64,000 nt of DNA from an uncultured Thermoleophilia bacterium. Lineage in GTDB: Bacteria; Actinomycetota; Thermoleophilia; UBA2241. Positions 8,453 to 20,130 of the stretch are shown piece by piece. Position 1 is the first letter of the stretch. Every line of letters starts with the position of its first letter. A model generated the notes under the pieces. The model saw only the letters and a program-made list of their open reading frames with translations, made no database searches and had not been told where the DNA came from. The stretch covers positions 256,001 through 320,000 of the forward strand of contig CAVPCT010000005.1 in assembly GCA_963702475.1 (NCBI GenBank), in the 5' to 3' direction. The position numbers and the translations under genes are program-made.

Positions 8453-10600
8453 TCAGTTGGTGCCGTTGCTGCCGCCGGTGATGGAGGATCCCCCAGTAGG
8501 ATATTCCTTCGGGACGAGGTTCAGGAGGACCTCGCAGGGTGCGTTGTCGATGACGTAGTCAGTGGTGCGCCCGAAGACGAGGTCGCCCACGCGGCGTTTG
8601 CGCTGCGTACCGAGGATGATGACCTCCGAACGCCCGCGTTCCGCCTCCTCGACGATGGCCCTGCCCGCGGACCGCGCGGTGACGACGTGCGGCGTGAACC
8701 TCACCCCGAACTGCTGTGCGATGGTGCCGGCGGCCTTGAGCACCCGCTCGGCGTTGCGCCGCTCAATGACGAGGCGCGCGTCGAGCGGCAGGTTCAGCGG
8801 CACCTCGATCACGTACAGGCCGTCGATGGACGCGTTCTTCTCGGTCGCCAGCTGGCAGGCGAGCACCATCATCTCGTCCGAGATGCGTGAGCCCACGATG
8901 GGCACGAGGATCTGGTCGTAGTCGACGTCGGCCTGCATGGACGGCGGCACCACGACCTTGTCCACCGTCTTCGTGAGCGAGTACCCCTTGACCTTGCGGT
9001 AGACGACGTACATGAGCAGGCCTGCGCCCATCCAGACGAAGCCCACCGTGCGGCCGAACGGGTGCGTGGCCACCACGACGCACCAGACCGTGAAGGTACC
9101 GAGGCCGCCGATCACGGCGAGGACGGGAACCGACATCCTGCCGACGCGGATGTTGATGGGCGTGCGGAACGGCCGCGGGAAGTCCGGCTCCTTGTGGCGC
9201 AGCCAGATCACGGAGACGTGCGCCACCGTGAACGAGATCATGGCCCCGAACGCGTACAGGTCGGCGAGGAGGCTGATGGTGTTGCCGGGCAACAGGAGCA
9301 GCACGCAGGCGACACCGCCGAACACCATGATCGCGATGTACGGCGTGAGCCGCCGCGCGTGCACGCGGCCGAGTTGCGGCGGTATCTGCCGATGCTGCCC
9401 GAGCGAGTAGGCGAGGCGCGACACGCCGATGAGGCCGGCATTGGTGGCGATGAGCAGGATGGTCGCCGCCAGGATGCCGACCCAGGGCATGAGGATGGTC
9501 TTGAGCCAGCCGAGGTCTGCCGGCAGGAAGCGGACGATGCCGACCACCGGGTCTTCCTTGTACACGCTGCCGAGGATGGTGCCGTACAGCTTCGCGTACT
9601 GCTCGCCATCCTTGATGAACGTCTCTTCGCCCGGGACCTGCGCGGGGATGACCCACTTCTCCCCGATCAGCTCCGCGGGGACGTAGACGTCGCTGCCCAC
9701 GTTGCCGGGCGGCGGTGTTCCCTCGAACACGAACGGCCCATTGGGCTCGTCCTCGCTCTTGGGCACGACCTGGACCGGCACGGTCTTGCCGGTCGCGGGA
9801 TCGACGGCGAGCACGTTGGGCTTGACCGGCATCGCCGAGAGAGCCGTCAGGGAGATGCCGAGATACACGATCAGCACGGCGAGCAGGACGAAGTTGACGG
9901 CTCGCGGCACGTCCCGATCGGGGTTGGCCGCCTCCTCCGACATGTTGGAGATGGTCTCGATGCCGGTGTACGCGATCGTCCCGATCGAAAGGCCGTAGAT
10001 GAGGTGCGACCAGGTGGGCGCCACCCCCAGATGCACCTGGTCGATGAGCAGCTTGGGCTCGAGCAGCAGCACCACGCCGACGACCATCAGCAGGATCTGC
10101 GTGCCGAGGTCGAGGAGCGCCAGGACGATGTTGAGGCGCGCCGCCTCCTTGATGCCGATCACGTTGACCGCCACCAGCACCAGGATGGTGACGATGCCAC
10201 CGATGGAGTTGTACGGCGACGTCTTGAGGACGGGCCAGAACACGGAGAGGTAGTTGGGCACGAAGTAGGCGCTGATGGCCACCGTGACGATGTAGTCGAG
10301 CATCAGCGCCCAGCCGGCGCCGAAGCTGACGAACTCGTTGAAGGCGCGGCGCCCGAAGCTGGACGACCCGCCCGCCTCCGGCACCATGGCCGTGGCCTCC
10401 GCGTAGGACCAGGCCGTGGTGCAGAACAGCAGGCCAGTCAGAAGGAAGACGAGCGGGGTGACGCCCAGGGCCCACAGGGCGACGAGACCGAGGGCGTAGT
10501 AGATCGAGGAGCCGACGTTGCCGTAGGCGGTGCTGAAGAGCGCCGGGACGCCGAGGACTTTCTGAAGGCTGTCGCCCTCCCTGTACTTTCTGCGCGGCAC
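8453..10600 (-). CDS. APC-family permease fused to a C-terminal USP domain (probable K+/amino acid transporter, KimA-like context)
   Basis: YGNVGSSIYY TM1 motif, EAGG, YTGIE, about 12 TMs, USP domain (ILVPIVG...FGRTTDYVIDNAPCEV); co-transcribed with two trkA-like genes. Confidence 0.88.
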   Translation of the reverse strand: MPRRKYREGDSLQKVLGVPALFSTAYGNVGSSIYYALGLVALWALGVTPLVFLLTGLLFCTTAWSYAEATAMVPEAGGSSSFGRRAFNEFVSFGAGWALMLDYIVTVAISAYFVPNYLSVFWPVLKTSPYNSIGGIVTILVLVAVNVIGIKEAARLNIVLALLDLGTQILLMVVGVVLLLEPKLLIDQVHLGVAPTWSHLIYGLSIGTIAYTGIETISNMSEEAANPDRDVPRAVNFVLLAVLIVYLGISLTALSAMPVKPNVLAVDPATGKTVPVQVVPKSEDEPNGPFVFEGTPPPGNVGSDVYVPAELIGEKWVIPAQVPGEETFIKDGEQYAKLYGTILGSVYKEDPVVGIVRFLPADLGWLKTILMPWVGILAATILLIATNAGLIGVSRLAYSLGQHRQIPPQLGRVHARRLTPYIAIMVFGGVACVLLLLPGNTISLLADLYAFGAMISFTVAHVSVIWLRHKEPDFPRPFRTPINIRVGRMSVPVLAVIGGLGTFTVWCVVVATHPFGRTVGFVWMGAGLLMYVVYRKVKGYSLTKTVDKVVVPPSMQADVDYDQILVPIVGSRISDEMMVLACQLATEKNASIDGLYVIEVPLNLPLDARLVIERRNAERVLKAAGTIAQQFGVRFTPHVVTARSAGRAIVEEAERGRSEVIILGTQRKRRVGDLVFGRTTDYVIDNAPCEVLLNLVPKEYPTGGSSITGGSNGTN

Positions 10601-10615
10601 CTCAGCCCCCGGGGG

Positions 10616-10777
10616 TCAGCGCATGTACTTCCAGCGAAGGACGGCGAAGACGGTGAGCAGCACCCCGGCGAGGAGCTGGATGGAGAGGGGCCACACGCCA
10701 CCCCACGCGCCCCTCACGATGAGGAGCACGCCGAGCACGGCCATGACGACGGTGATGACTCTTCTGGCTGTCCACAT
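10616..10777 (-). CDS. Small two-TM membrane protein (53 aa)
   Basis: MWTARRVITVVMAVLGVLLIVRG...LRWKYMR; AAGGGA before ATG; leads the transporter operon. Confidence 0.7.
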   Translation of the reverse strand: MWTARRVITVVMAVLGVLLIVRGAWGGVWPLSIQLLAGVLLTVFAVLRWKYMR

Positions 10778-10828
10778 GTCCCTTGTCCCGCAACAAGGCC
10801 GGTCCGGGTCCGGACCGGCCTTCATCGC

Positions 10829-10857
10829 ACAGTAGCACCGCGTGACGGCAGGCACAA
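10829..10857 (-). promoter_or_regulatory. Sigma-70-like promoter of the K+ transport operon
   Basis: TTGTGC-N17-TACTGT with extended -10 TG. Confidence 0.5.
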
Positions 10858-10909
10858 GACGGCCGCAGCCAGGTCCCGCGCGAGCCTGAGTGATTCTTCG
10901 GACTCCCCC

Positions 10910-10961
10910 AAAAGGACGAGGCGCGGCGGGTGGCCGCAAGGGCCTCCCGCCGCGCCTCGTC
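10910..10961 (-). terminator. Rho-independent terminator of hppA
   Basis: Long GC stem GACGAGGCGCGGCGGG/CCCGCCGCGCCTCGTC followed by TTTT on the minus strand. Confidence 0.75.
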
Positions 10962-10989
10962 ACGACCGCCCGAAGGCGGCAACTGCCCT

Positions 10990-13146
<2,157 letters not shown>

Positions 13147-13290
13147 CCTCCAGCTCCTTTCTCGGCTCCATTAGGAGGCGTCCGGGATCGTGCCCGGCTC
13201 ACGCCCCTCCCCCTCGACGTGCCCGGGCCACGGGGCCGGGTGCGTCGTTCTCATCGAGAGGCCGCGCCGCCACGAGCGGCGCGTCTCGTG

Positions 13291-14160
13291 TTACCGCAGG
13301 TACCTGCCGATGAGCAGGTCGAGCTTCTCCTTGGTCGCGGCCGGGATGAGGTCGGCCGGGGTGTTGATCGCGAACTCGACGGCGTGCCGGCACGAGCAGT
13401 CGCGGTCCTCGTCGAGGGAGGTGACCGTGTGGCGCACGATGGCCTGCGCCGTCTCCACGTTACGGCGCACGTTCTCGAGCACCTGCTCGAGCGTGACGTC
13501 CTCCTCGCTCTCGTACCAGACGTCGTAGTCGGTGACCATGGCCATGGTGGCGTAGCATAGCTCGGCCTCGCGCGCGAGCTTGGCCTCCTGCAGGTTGGTC
13601 ATGCCGATGATGTCGAAGCCGAGCTGCCTGTACACGCGGCTCTCCGCACGCGTGGAGAACTGCGGGCCCTCGATGCACACGTAGGTGCCGCCCTCGTGCA
13701 CCGCGGCGCCGACCGCCCGGCCGTGTTCCACGAGCAGCCGGGAGACGTGGGGGCAGAACGGGTCGGCGAAGCCCATGTGGACAACGACACCGTCGCCGAA
13801 GAAGGTACTGGGGCGCGCCTTGGTGCGGTCGAAGAGCTGGTCCGGGACGACGACGTCGAGCGGTTTGAGCTCCTCACGCAGGCTGCCGACGGCGCTGGCG
13901 GACAGCACGGAGTGCACCCCCAGCGCCTTCATGCCCCAGATATTGGCGCGGTAGTTGACCTCGCCGGGGAGGATGCGGTGGCCGCGCGCGTGACGCGGCA
14001 GGAACGCGACCGGGACCCCGTCGATCTCGCCCAGGAAGTACGAGTCGCTGGGAGCGCCGAACGGGGTGTCGAGCGTGACCTCGCGGGCGTTGTCGAGCAG
14101 CTCGTAGAACCCGGAGCCGCCGATGACACCGACCTTGGCAGAATCGTTGACAGCCGTCAC
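13291..14160 (-). CDS. mtnP: S-methyl-5'-thioadenosine phosphorylase
   Basis: GVIGGSG, FLPRHARGH, EGPQFSTRAES, GMTNLQEAKLARE, VTDYD; GAGGAGG RBS before GTG 14160. Confidence 0.92.
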   Translation of the reverse strand: MTAVNDSAKVGVIGGSGFYELLDNAREVTLDTPFGAPSDSYFLGEIDGVPVAFLPRHARGHRILPGEVNYRANIWGMKALGVHSVLSASAVGSLREELKPLDVVVPDQLFDRTKARPSTFFGDGVVVHMGFADPFCPHVSRLLVEHGRAVGAAVHEGGTYVCIEGPQFSTRAESRVYRQLGFDIIGMTNLQEAKLAREAELCYATMAMVTDYDVWYESEEDVTLEQVLENVRRNVETAQAIVRHTVTSLDEDRDCSCRHAVEFAINTPADLIPAATKEKLDLLIGRYLR

Positions 14161-14416
14161 TTGTCCCTCCTCTGGAGCGGTCGCCGGGCGCAGTATACAG
14201 GGCCGGGGCCGGGGCAAAAAGGCAGCTGCCATACCATCCGCTATGCGGACGTGGTAACCGCATGCCGAAACGGATAGGCTCTGGAGAGTTCGTGGACAGG
14301 TGGTCCAACCGCTCGCTCGGGACGAGGTGATACTGTCTTGTCGCGAACGCACTCACGGCGTGCGGCAGGCCGCACACCCGCGCGCGTACGGCGTTGTACG
14401 ACTGAAGGAGCCAGAG

Positions 14417-15115
14417 GTGCCGAAGAACAAGGTCATCCCCATCGAGGAGGCCATGTCGCACATCGAAAGCGGCATGAGCGTCGCCGTCGGCGGGTTCATC
14501 GGACAGGGGGACCCACTCACGATCATCGATGCCATGAAGTCGCTCGACGTCAGAGACCTCACGCTCTACGCGAACGACGCCGGGTACCGTGAGCGCGGCA
14601 TCCTCGAACTGGCGCAGCTCGGCAAGGTCCGCAGGATCGTCGCCAGCCACGTGGGCACCACTCCCTGGGTGGGCAAAGCCATGAACGAGGGCCGCCTGGA
14701 GGTGGAGCCGACGCCGCAGGGCACCCTCGCGGAGATGATGCGGTGCGGTGGCGCCGGGCTCGGCGGCTTCCTCACGCCCACCGGCGTCGGCACCGTGGCC
14801 GAAGAAGGCAAGACCGTCATCGAGCTCGGCGGGCGTAAGTACATCCTGGTCCCCTCCCTGCGCTGCGACGTGGCCATCATCCGCGCCCACGCCGGCGACA
14901 CCTGGGGCAACCTCATCTACAGGGGCACGTCGCGCAACTTCAACGTGCCGGCCGCCATGTGCGCCGACTACGTCATCGCCGAGGTCGAGAACCTCTACAC
15001 GCTCGGCGAGCTCGACCCCAACGCCATCCACACCTCGGGCATCTTCGTCGACGCCGTGGTGCGCGCCGACATCGACTACTGCGTGATCCGGGAGGAGGTC
15101 TTCAATGCCCACTGA
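14417..15115 (+). CDS. 3-oxoacid/acetate CoA-transferase subunit A (AtoD/ScoA family)
   Basis: VGGF, PQGTLAE, GGAGLGGFLTPTGVGT, GNLIY..RNFN; AAGGAG RBS. Confidence 0.9.
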   Translation: MPKNKVIPIEEAMSHIESGMSVAVGGFIGQGDPLTIIDAMKSLDVRDLTLYANDAGYRERGILELAQLGKVRRIVASHVGTTPWVGKAMNEGRLEVEPTPQGTLAEMMRCGGAGLGGFLTPTGVGTVAEEGKTVIELGGRKYILVPSLRCDVAIIRAHAGDTWGNLIYRGTSRNFNVPAAMCADYVIAEVENLYTLGELDPNAIHTSGIFVDAVVRADIDYCVIREEVFNAH

Positions 15116-15773
15116 CGCGAAGACGGTCATCGCCTCCCGCGCGGGCCAGGAGCTCAGTGACGGGGAGATCATCAACCTCGGCATCGGCCTGCCGACGCTG
15201 ATCGCCAACTACGTTCCCGAGGGCGTGGACGTCGTCATCCAGACCGAGAACGGCGCCATCGGCGTCGGGCCGGCGCCGGACCCCGGCTGCGAGGACCGCG
15301 ACCGCGCCAACGCCGGCAACCAGCCCATCACCCTCATCCCGGGGGGCAGCTACTTCGACTCCGCCACATCGTTCGCCATGATCCGCGGCGGCCATGTGGA
15401 CGCCACCTTCCTCGGCACCCTGCAGGTGGACGAGCTCGGCAACATCGCCAACTGGATCGTGCCCGGCAAGATGCTGGCCGGCATGGGCGGCGCCATGGAC
15501 CTCGTGACCGGCGCGAAGACCGTGTACATCGTCAGCGAGCACTGCTCCAAAGATGGAGCGTCAAAGCTCATGAAGCGCTGCACGTTCCCGCTCACCGGCG
15601 CGGAGGAGGCCGACGTCATCATCACGGAGCGTGCCCTCTTCCGCAGGTACCAGGGCCGCGGGTGGGTACTGGAGGAGGTCGCTACCGGGTACACCCTCGA
15701 CGACATCGCCGCCTGCACCGACTTCGCCTACACCGTGGCCCACGACGTCAAGCTCGACGCCTACGGCGCCTGA
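15105..15773 (+). CDS. 3-oxoacid/acetate CoA-transferase subunit B (AtoA/ScoB family)
   Basis: NLGIGLPT, catalytic TENG, IRGGHVD, GMGGAMDL. Confidence 0.9.
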   Translation: MPTDAKTVIASRAGQELSDGEIINLGIGLPTLIANYVPEGVDVVIQTENGAIGVGPAPDPGCEDRDRANAGNQPITLIPGGSYFDSATSFAMIRGGHVDATFLGTLQVDELGNIANWIVPGKMLAGMGGAMDLVTGAKTVYIVSEHCSKDGASKLMKRCTFPLTGAEEADVIITERALFRRYQGRGWVLEEVATGYTLDDIAACTDFAYTVAHDVKLDAYGA

Positions 15774-15867
15774 GCGGCGGAGGAGGGCTCGTCGAGGGGT
15801 GCGCCACAAGGGCGCCCCTTCACTGACAGGCGCGCGTCCATCGTCACGAGCGGAGGGGAGCCGGGTC

Positions 15868-16077
15868 ATGCCAGACCTGAAGAAGAAGTTCAGCCGCAGC
15901 GACTGGAAGGACTGCTGCGGCAAGGGCTGCAAGAAGTGCGAGATCGCCCAGACCTACATCGGCGTGTACGGCAAGGCCAAGGGCCTCGAGAAGCTCAACG
16001 AGGACCGCGCCGACATACGTGCCAAGAAGAGCCACAAGCTCAAGGGCCACAAGAAGAAGGGCGGCAAGAAGGCCTGA
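15868..16077 (+). CDS. Small Cys-cluster, Lys-rich protein (69 aa; CCGxGCxxC motif)
   Basis: GGAGGGGAG RBS, strongly GC3-biased codons, MPDLKKKFSRSDWKDCCGKGCKKC...KKKGGKKA. Confidence 0.75.
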   Translation: MPDLKKKFSRSDWKDCCGKGCKKCEIAQTYIGVYGKAKGLEKLNEDRADIRAKKSHKLKGHKKKGGKKA

Positions 16078-16123
16078 GGCGCGACGCCCCGGTCCGGTCT
16101 CCACGCCGCCACGCCCGTCGCCC

Positions 16124-17713
16124 GTGGACCCGCAGCAGTCGCCGCGACCGGCCGAGCCGGCGGCGGACGACGTCCTCGCCTGCTTCGACATCGGCACCAA
16201 CTCCGTACGCCTGCTCGTCGTGCGCGTGGACGAAGGCGGGACTTGGAGCACGCTGACGGCGCAGAAGGAGCCCGTGCGGCTCGGCGAAGGCGAGTTCGGC
16301 GGGCGGAGCGCCCTCACGCTGGAGGCCATGGACCGCGGCGTGCTCGTGTGCCGCACGTTCGCCGATCTTGCCCGCTCCCACGGCGCCATGCGGTCCGTGG
16401 CCGTGGCCACGTCAGCGACCCGCGAGGCGACCAACCAGGCGGCCTTCGTGCGGCGCCTCCGCGACGAGGCGGGCCTGGACGTGCACGTCGTCTCGGGCAA
16501 GGAGGAGGCCCGCCTCATCTTCCTGGGCCTCCTCAGCCGCGTGCACGTCGGCGCGCAGAGGGCCCTCGTGATCGACATCGGCGGCGGCAGCACCGAGGTC
16601 GCCGCGGGCGACGCCACCGGGCCCGGCTACGTCGAGTCGCTGCGGCTGGGGGCCATACGCCTCACGGCCGAGTTTCCCGACCTGCCGGAAGGCGGGCGCG
16701 TGCCCGGCAAGGTGTACGAGCAGATGCGGCACCGCGTACAGACCGAGGCGGACCGTGCGCGCCGCGCGCTCGAGGGTGTGACGATCGACGCGGCGTACGG
16801 CACCTCCGGCACCATCCGCAACCTCGCCAGCGTCGTCGTGCGTACCCAGCGCAACGGCACGCCGCAGCGCGAGGACACCATCACGCGCGCCGAGCTTGCC
16901 AGGGTCGCCAAGCTGGTGCGCGGGCTGGACCTCGAGGAGCGGCGCAAGGTCCCCGGCCTCAATCCGGCGCGCGCCGACATCGTCGTGGCCGGCGCGGCCA
17001 TCCTGGACGCCGTCATGGAGGACCTCGGCCTCGAGGAGATCCGCGCCGTGGACGAGTGCGGCCTACGCGAGGGTCTCGTCGTCGACCACCTGGCGCGCGA
17101 GCGAGGCCTCGTCCACCCTGGCGATACGACCGTGCGCGAGCGGAGCGTGCTGCAGCTCGCGCACGCCTGCCGCTTCGACGAGCCCCACGCTCGTCAGGTG
17201 CAGGCGCTCGCCCTGGCCCTCTTCGACTCGGCGGCCGCGGCCGGCCTGCACACCTGTTCGCCGGCCGAACGCGAGCTGTTCGCCCACGCGGCCCTGCTGC
17301 ACGACATCGGCGCCTTCCTGAGCTACGCCGATCACCACCTCCACAGCCACTACCTCATCCGCCACGCCGACCTCCTGGGGTTCGACGAACGGGAGATCGC
17401 CATCATGGCGGCCACGGCGCTCTTTCACCGCAAGGCCCGGCCCGGCGCCGACCACGTGGCGCTCGCCGGGCTGGACCGCGCGACGCGTGCGCGCGTGCGC
17501 CTGATGAGCGCCCTGCTGCGGCTGGCGGAGTATCTCGACCGCGGCCACGCCGGCGCCGTCCGTCGCGCCACCCTCAACGCCGACGGACCCAAGGGCCTGG
17601 TGCTCGAGGTGGAGCCGGTCTCCGGCTGGCACCTCGAGCGCTGGCGCCTGGAAGAGCGCCGCGAGACGCTCGAGAAGGCCTTCCGGCGGTCGCTCCGCGT
17701 GCTCGAGGTCTGA
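16124..17713 (+). CDS. ppx: Ppx/GppA exopolyphosphatase with C-terminal HD domain (start uncertain)
   Basis: DIGTNS, ATSATREA, EEARL, DIGGGSTE, GLREG, LHDIG. Confidence 0.9.
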   Translation: MDPQQSPRPAEPAADDVLACFDIGTNSVRLLVVRVDEGGTWSTLTAQKEPVRLGEGEFGGRSALTLEAMDRGVLVCRTFADLARSHGAMRSVAVATSATREATNQAAFVRRLRDEAGLDVHVVSGKEEARLIFLGLLSRVHVGAQRALVIDIGGGSTEVAAGDATGPGYVESLRLGAIRLTAEFPDLPEGGRVPGKVYEQMRHRVQTEADRARRALEGVTIDAAYGTSGTIRNLASVVVRTQRNGTPQREDTITRAELARVAKLVRGLDLEERRKVPGLNPARADIVVAGAAILDAVMEDLGLEEIRAVDECGLREGLVVDHLARERGLVHPGDTTVRERSVLQLAHACRFDEPHARQVQALALALFDSAAAAGLHTCSPAERELFAHAALLHDIGAFLSYADHHLHSHYLIRHADLLGFDEREIAIMAATALFHRKARPGADHVALAGLDRATRARVRLMSALLRLAEYLDRGHAGAVRRATLNADGPKGLVLEVEPVSGWHLERWRLEERRETLEKAFRRSLRVLEV

Positions 17714-17734
17714 GCGACCCGGACCTGGCGGCCG

Positions 17735-19645
17735 TCAGATGTCGGCGATCACGGTGGCCAGCTCGCGACTGAAGTCGGGGCCGGCCACGGTGGGCCACAC
17801 GTCCGGGAACGTGGCCACGAGGTGCTCCATCTCCTCCTGGCGCACGGCCATGTACCGCGCCTCACCGGGGGCGACGATGATCTCGATGGGCCCCGGCAGC
17901 GAGTGGCCGCTGTGGCGCCACGTTCCCCACGTGAGGTAGTCGCGCAGGATGCCGCAGGTGACCACGGCGTCCTGGAGGTCGCCGAGGTGGTCCTGCAGGT
18001 TCTTGACCTTCTTGATGAGCGGCCGGGCGCCGGGGCCGAGCACGTCCTCGAAGAACTCGAGCGTGTAGCGCAGGCCCTTGCAGCCCTTGCGCAGGGCGTG
18101 GAACTCGGGGAGGGGTGTTCCCGGCCCGTCGAGGCGGCCCTCGAACGCCCACACCACGCCCATGTCGCGGTACAGCACGCCGGGGAGCACCTGGGCCACA
18201 CGCTGCGGCCGCGGGTCGCCGGACTGCCGCGCCGCCAGGGTGTGGAGCGGCTGGTCGAGGAGGTCCCGGAGCCGTTCGACGAAGCGCCGGTACCTGTCGC
18301 CGTCGAGATAGGCGACAAGGTGCTCACGTTGCTTGTCACGCTCGGCGCGGCAGGCCGCCAGCAGGCCGTCCAGATCGCTCGACCGCTCCGCCGGCAGGCC
18401 GTCCAGATAGCGCTGCGTCTTCACCTGGAACACGTCGAGGTCGCGCACTGCGCCGAGCACGGCGCCGGTGCGGCGCAGACCCTTGAGGACGGGCCGCAAC
18501 GTCTCGCTGTCCAGATACTCCTGAAACACGCGCAGAGCCATGCGCATGCGCCGGGTGGAGACGCGCATGACGTGCAGCTCCTCGGGATCCTCGCCCAGGC
18601 GCGTGCCCTCCTCGCGCTCGAGCATGCGCTCGAGGTGGAAGGCGAACGTCTTGACGGCCGCCTCGGTCATGGTGTCGGTGGCGAGGATACCGGGCCGCTT
18701 CTTCTTGTCGTCGTCGGCGGGCGGGGGCGGCGACGCCGTCACGACGGCCTTGAGAGCGGCGGCGGGAGCGGCGGCGCGGTAGATCCCCGTACCCTCCGCG
18801 CGGTACCGCGCCGCCCAGTAGCGCACGCGCCGCGTGGACAGCCCGGCGCGCTCCGCGGCCTTCGCCGCGACCAGGCCGTCGTCCAGGGCGAGGAGCGCGG
18901 CGGCGCGGCGGGCGTCGGGCCCGTCCCCCGCCGCGTAGGCCTCGTGCAGCACGCGCTCGCCGGCCGGCAGGAGCCGGCCGGCGACGGAGCGCGCCGCGCC
19001 CATGGAGACGTCCTCGGCCGCGCCGGGGCCCTCGGTCAGCTCCAGCGCGCGCGCGAACTTGGCGCGCGACTCGGGCGCCAGCCCGGGCTCTCCGGCGAGT
19101 GCCGCCGTGAGGCGCTCGAGATCCTCGTCGCGGCCCTCGTCGCGCAACTCGACCTCGACCTCGAACCAACGGCTCTCCCGCTCGCCCACGGTGACGCGGA
19201 CGTCGTCCAGGCTGAGCTCCGCCACCTCGCGGTCGCCGTCGAACACGCGCCGCGCCACACGGTCCTGCTCGAGCGAGAGGAACGGGTCCAGCGACGCGTC
19301 CCCGGCGAGCTCCAGCACGCGCTTCTTGAGCTCCCCGCGCGGCCACTCGGTCAACGGCACGTCGGCCGCGACCATGGCCTCGAGCTCCTCGCGGCGCAGC
19401 ACGCCGCCCTCGTCGGTGACGAGCTGTTTGAGCGTGATCTTCACGCCGTCGTCGGTCTCGCGCCGGCGCAGGTAGTACCCGGCCGAGAGCACGCGGCGGT
19501 CGTCCGTGTCGAGGAAGGTGTCGTGGTCGTGACGCGCCTCGCCGGCCTCCAGCTCGTAGCCGGCCAGCGCCGGCGTCATGGCGAGCCGCTCCAGCGTCGC
19601 TTCGTCCGCCACCGTGTACTTGGCCTCGACTTCCACCGCCGTCAC
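17735..19645 (-). CDS. CYTH - helix-turn-helix - CHAD domain protein (polyphosphate-associated)
   Basis: EVEAKY and EVEVEL (CYTH); LHVMRVSTRRMR, GAVRDLDV, HALRKGCKGLRY, QDHLGDLQD (CHAD); internal HTH-like segment. Confidence 0.88.
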   Translation of the reverse strand: MTAVEVEAKYTVADEATLERLAMTPALAGYELEAGEARHDHDTFLDTDDRRVLSAGYYLRRRETDDGVKITLKQLVTDEGGVLRREELEAMVAADVPLTEWPRGELKKRVLELAGDASLDPFLSLEQDRVARRVFDGDREVAELSLDDVRVTVGERESRWFEVEVELRDEGRDEDLERLTAALAGEPGLAPESRAKFARALELTEGPGAAEDVSMGAARSVAGRLLPAGERVLHEAYAAGDGPDARRAAALLALDDGLVAAKAAERAGLSTRRVRYWAARYRAEGTGIYRAAAPAAALKAVVTASPPPPADDDKKKRPGILATDTMTEAAVKTFAFHLERMLEREEGTRLGEDPEELHVMRVSTRRMRMALRVFQEYLDSETLRPVLKGLRRTGAVLGAVRDLDVFQVKTQRYLDGLPAERSSDLDGLLAACRAERDKQREHLVAYLDGDRYRRFVERLRDLLDQPLHTLAARQSGDPRPQRVAQVLPGVLYRDMGVVWAFEGRLDGPGTPLPEFHALRKGCKGLRYTLEFFEDVLGPGARPLIKKVKNLQDHLGDLQDAVVTCGILRDYLTWGTWRHSGHSLPGPIEIIVAPGEARYMAVRQEEMEHLVATFPDVWPTVAGPDFSRELATVIADI

Positions 19646-20130
19646 TCCCCCGTGAGCTGTGCCGGCGTGAGGAGCCAGGCCAGCACGCCGCCGTCAAGTG
19701 CCGGACCGCGCACGTCCACGCGCGCCAGCCCGCCTTTCTTCATGTCCACTCGTCCGCCGCCGATGAGCTCGGCGATGGTCAGGCTGAAATCGGGCTCGTG
19801 CCCGACGAGCATCATGCTGGCAACGCCCGGGTGCGCGGCCACCACGTCGCGCAGCACGCCGGTATCGAGGCCGTGGCCGAGGCCGTGGTCCTCGTAGAGC
19901 AGACCCTCTACGCCCAGCTCGCCGGCCACGATCTCGGCCGTCCGGCGCGCCCGCGCCAGCGGGCTCGTGAGGATGAGCCCGACGCCTCTGGTGAGGCGGG
20001 CGATGGCCGGCGCCTCCGCCAAGAGCAGGCGCTCGCCCTCCTCGGTGAGCGGCCGCAGGCCGTCGTCCTCACGCCAGTCGGCGCGAGCCATGGCCTTGCC
20101 GTGCCGGAGGAAGTACAGCCTGAGGGTCAC
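19642..20130 (-). CDS. sixA: Phosphohistidine phosphatase SixA
   Basis: LRHGKA, RPLT, TSPLARARRTA, VGHEP. Confidence 0.88.
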   Translation of the reverse strand: MTLRLYFLRHGKAMARADWREDDGLRPLTEEGERLLLAEAPAIARLTRGVGLILTSPLARARRTAEIVAGELGVEGLLYEDHGLGHGLDTGVLRDVVAAHPGVASMMLVGHEPDFSLTIAELIGGGRVDMKKGGLARVDVRGPALDGGVLAWLLTPAQLTGE

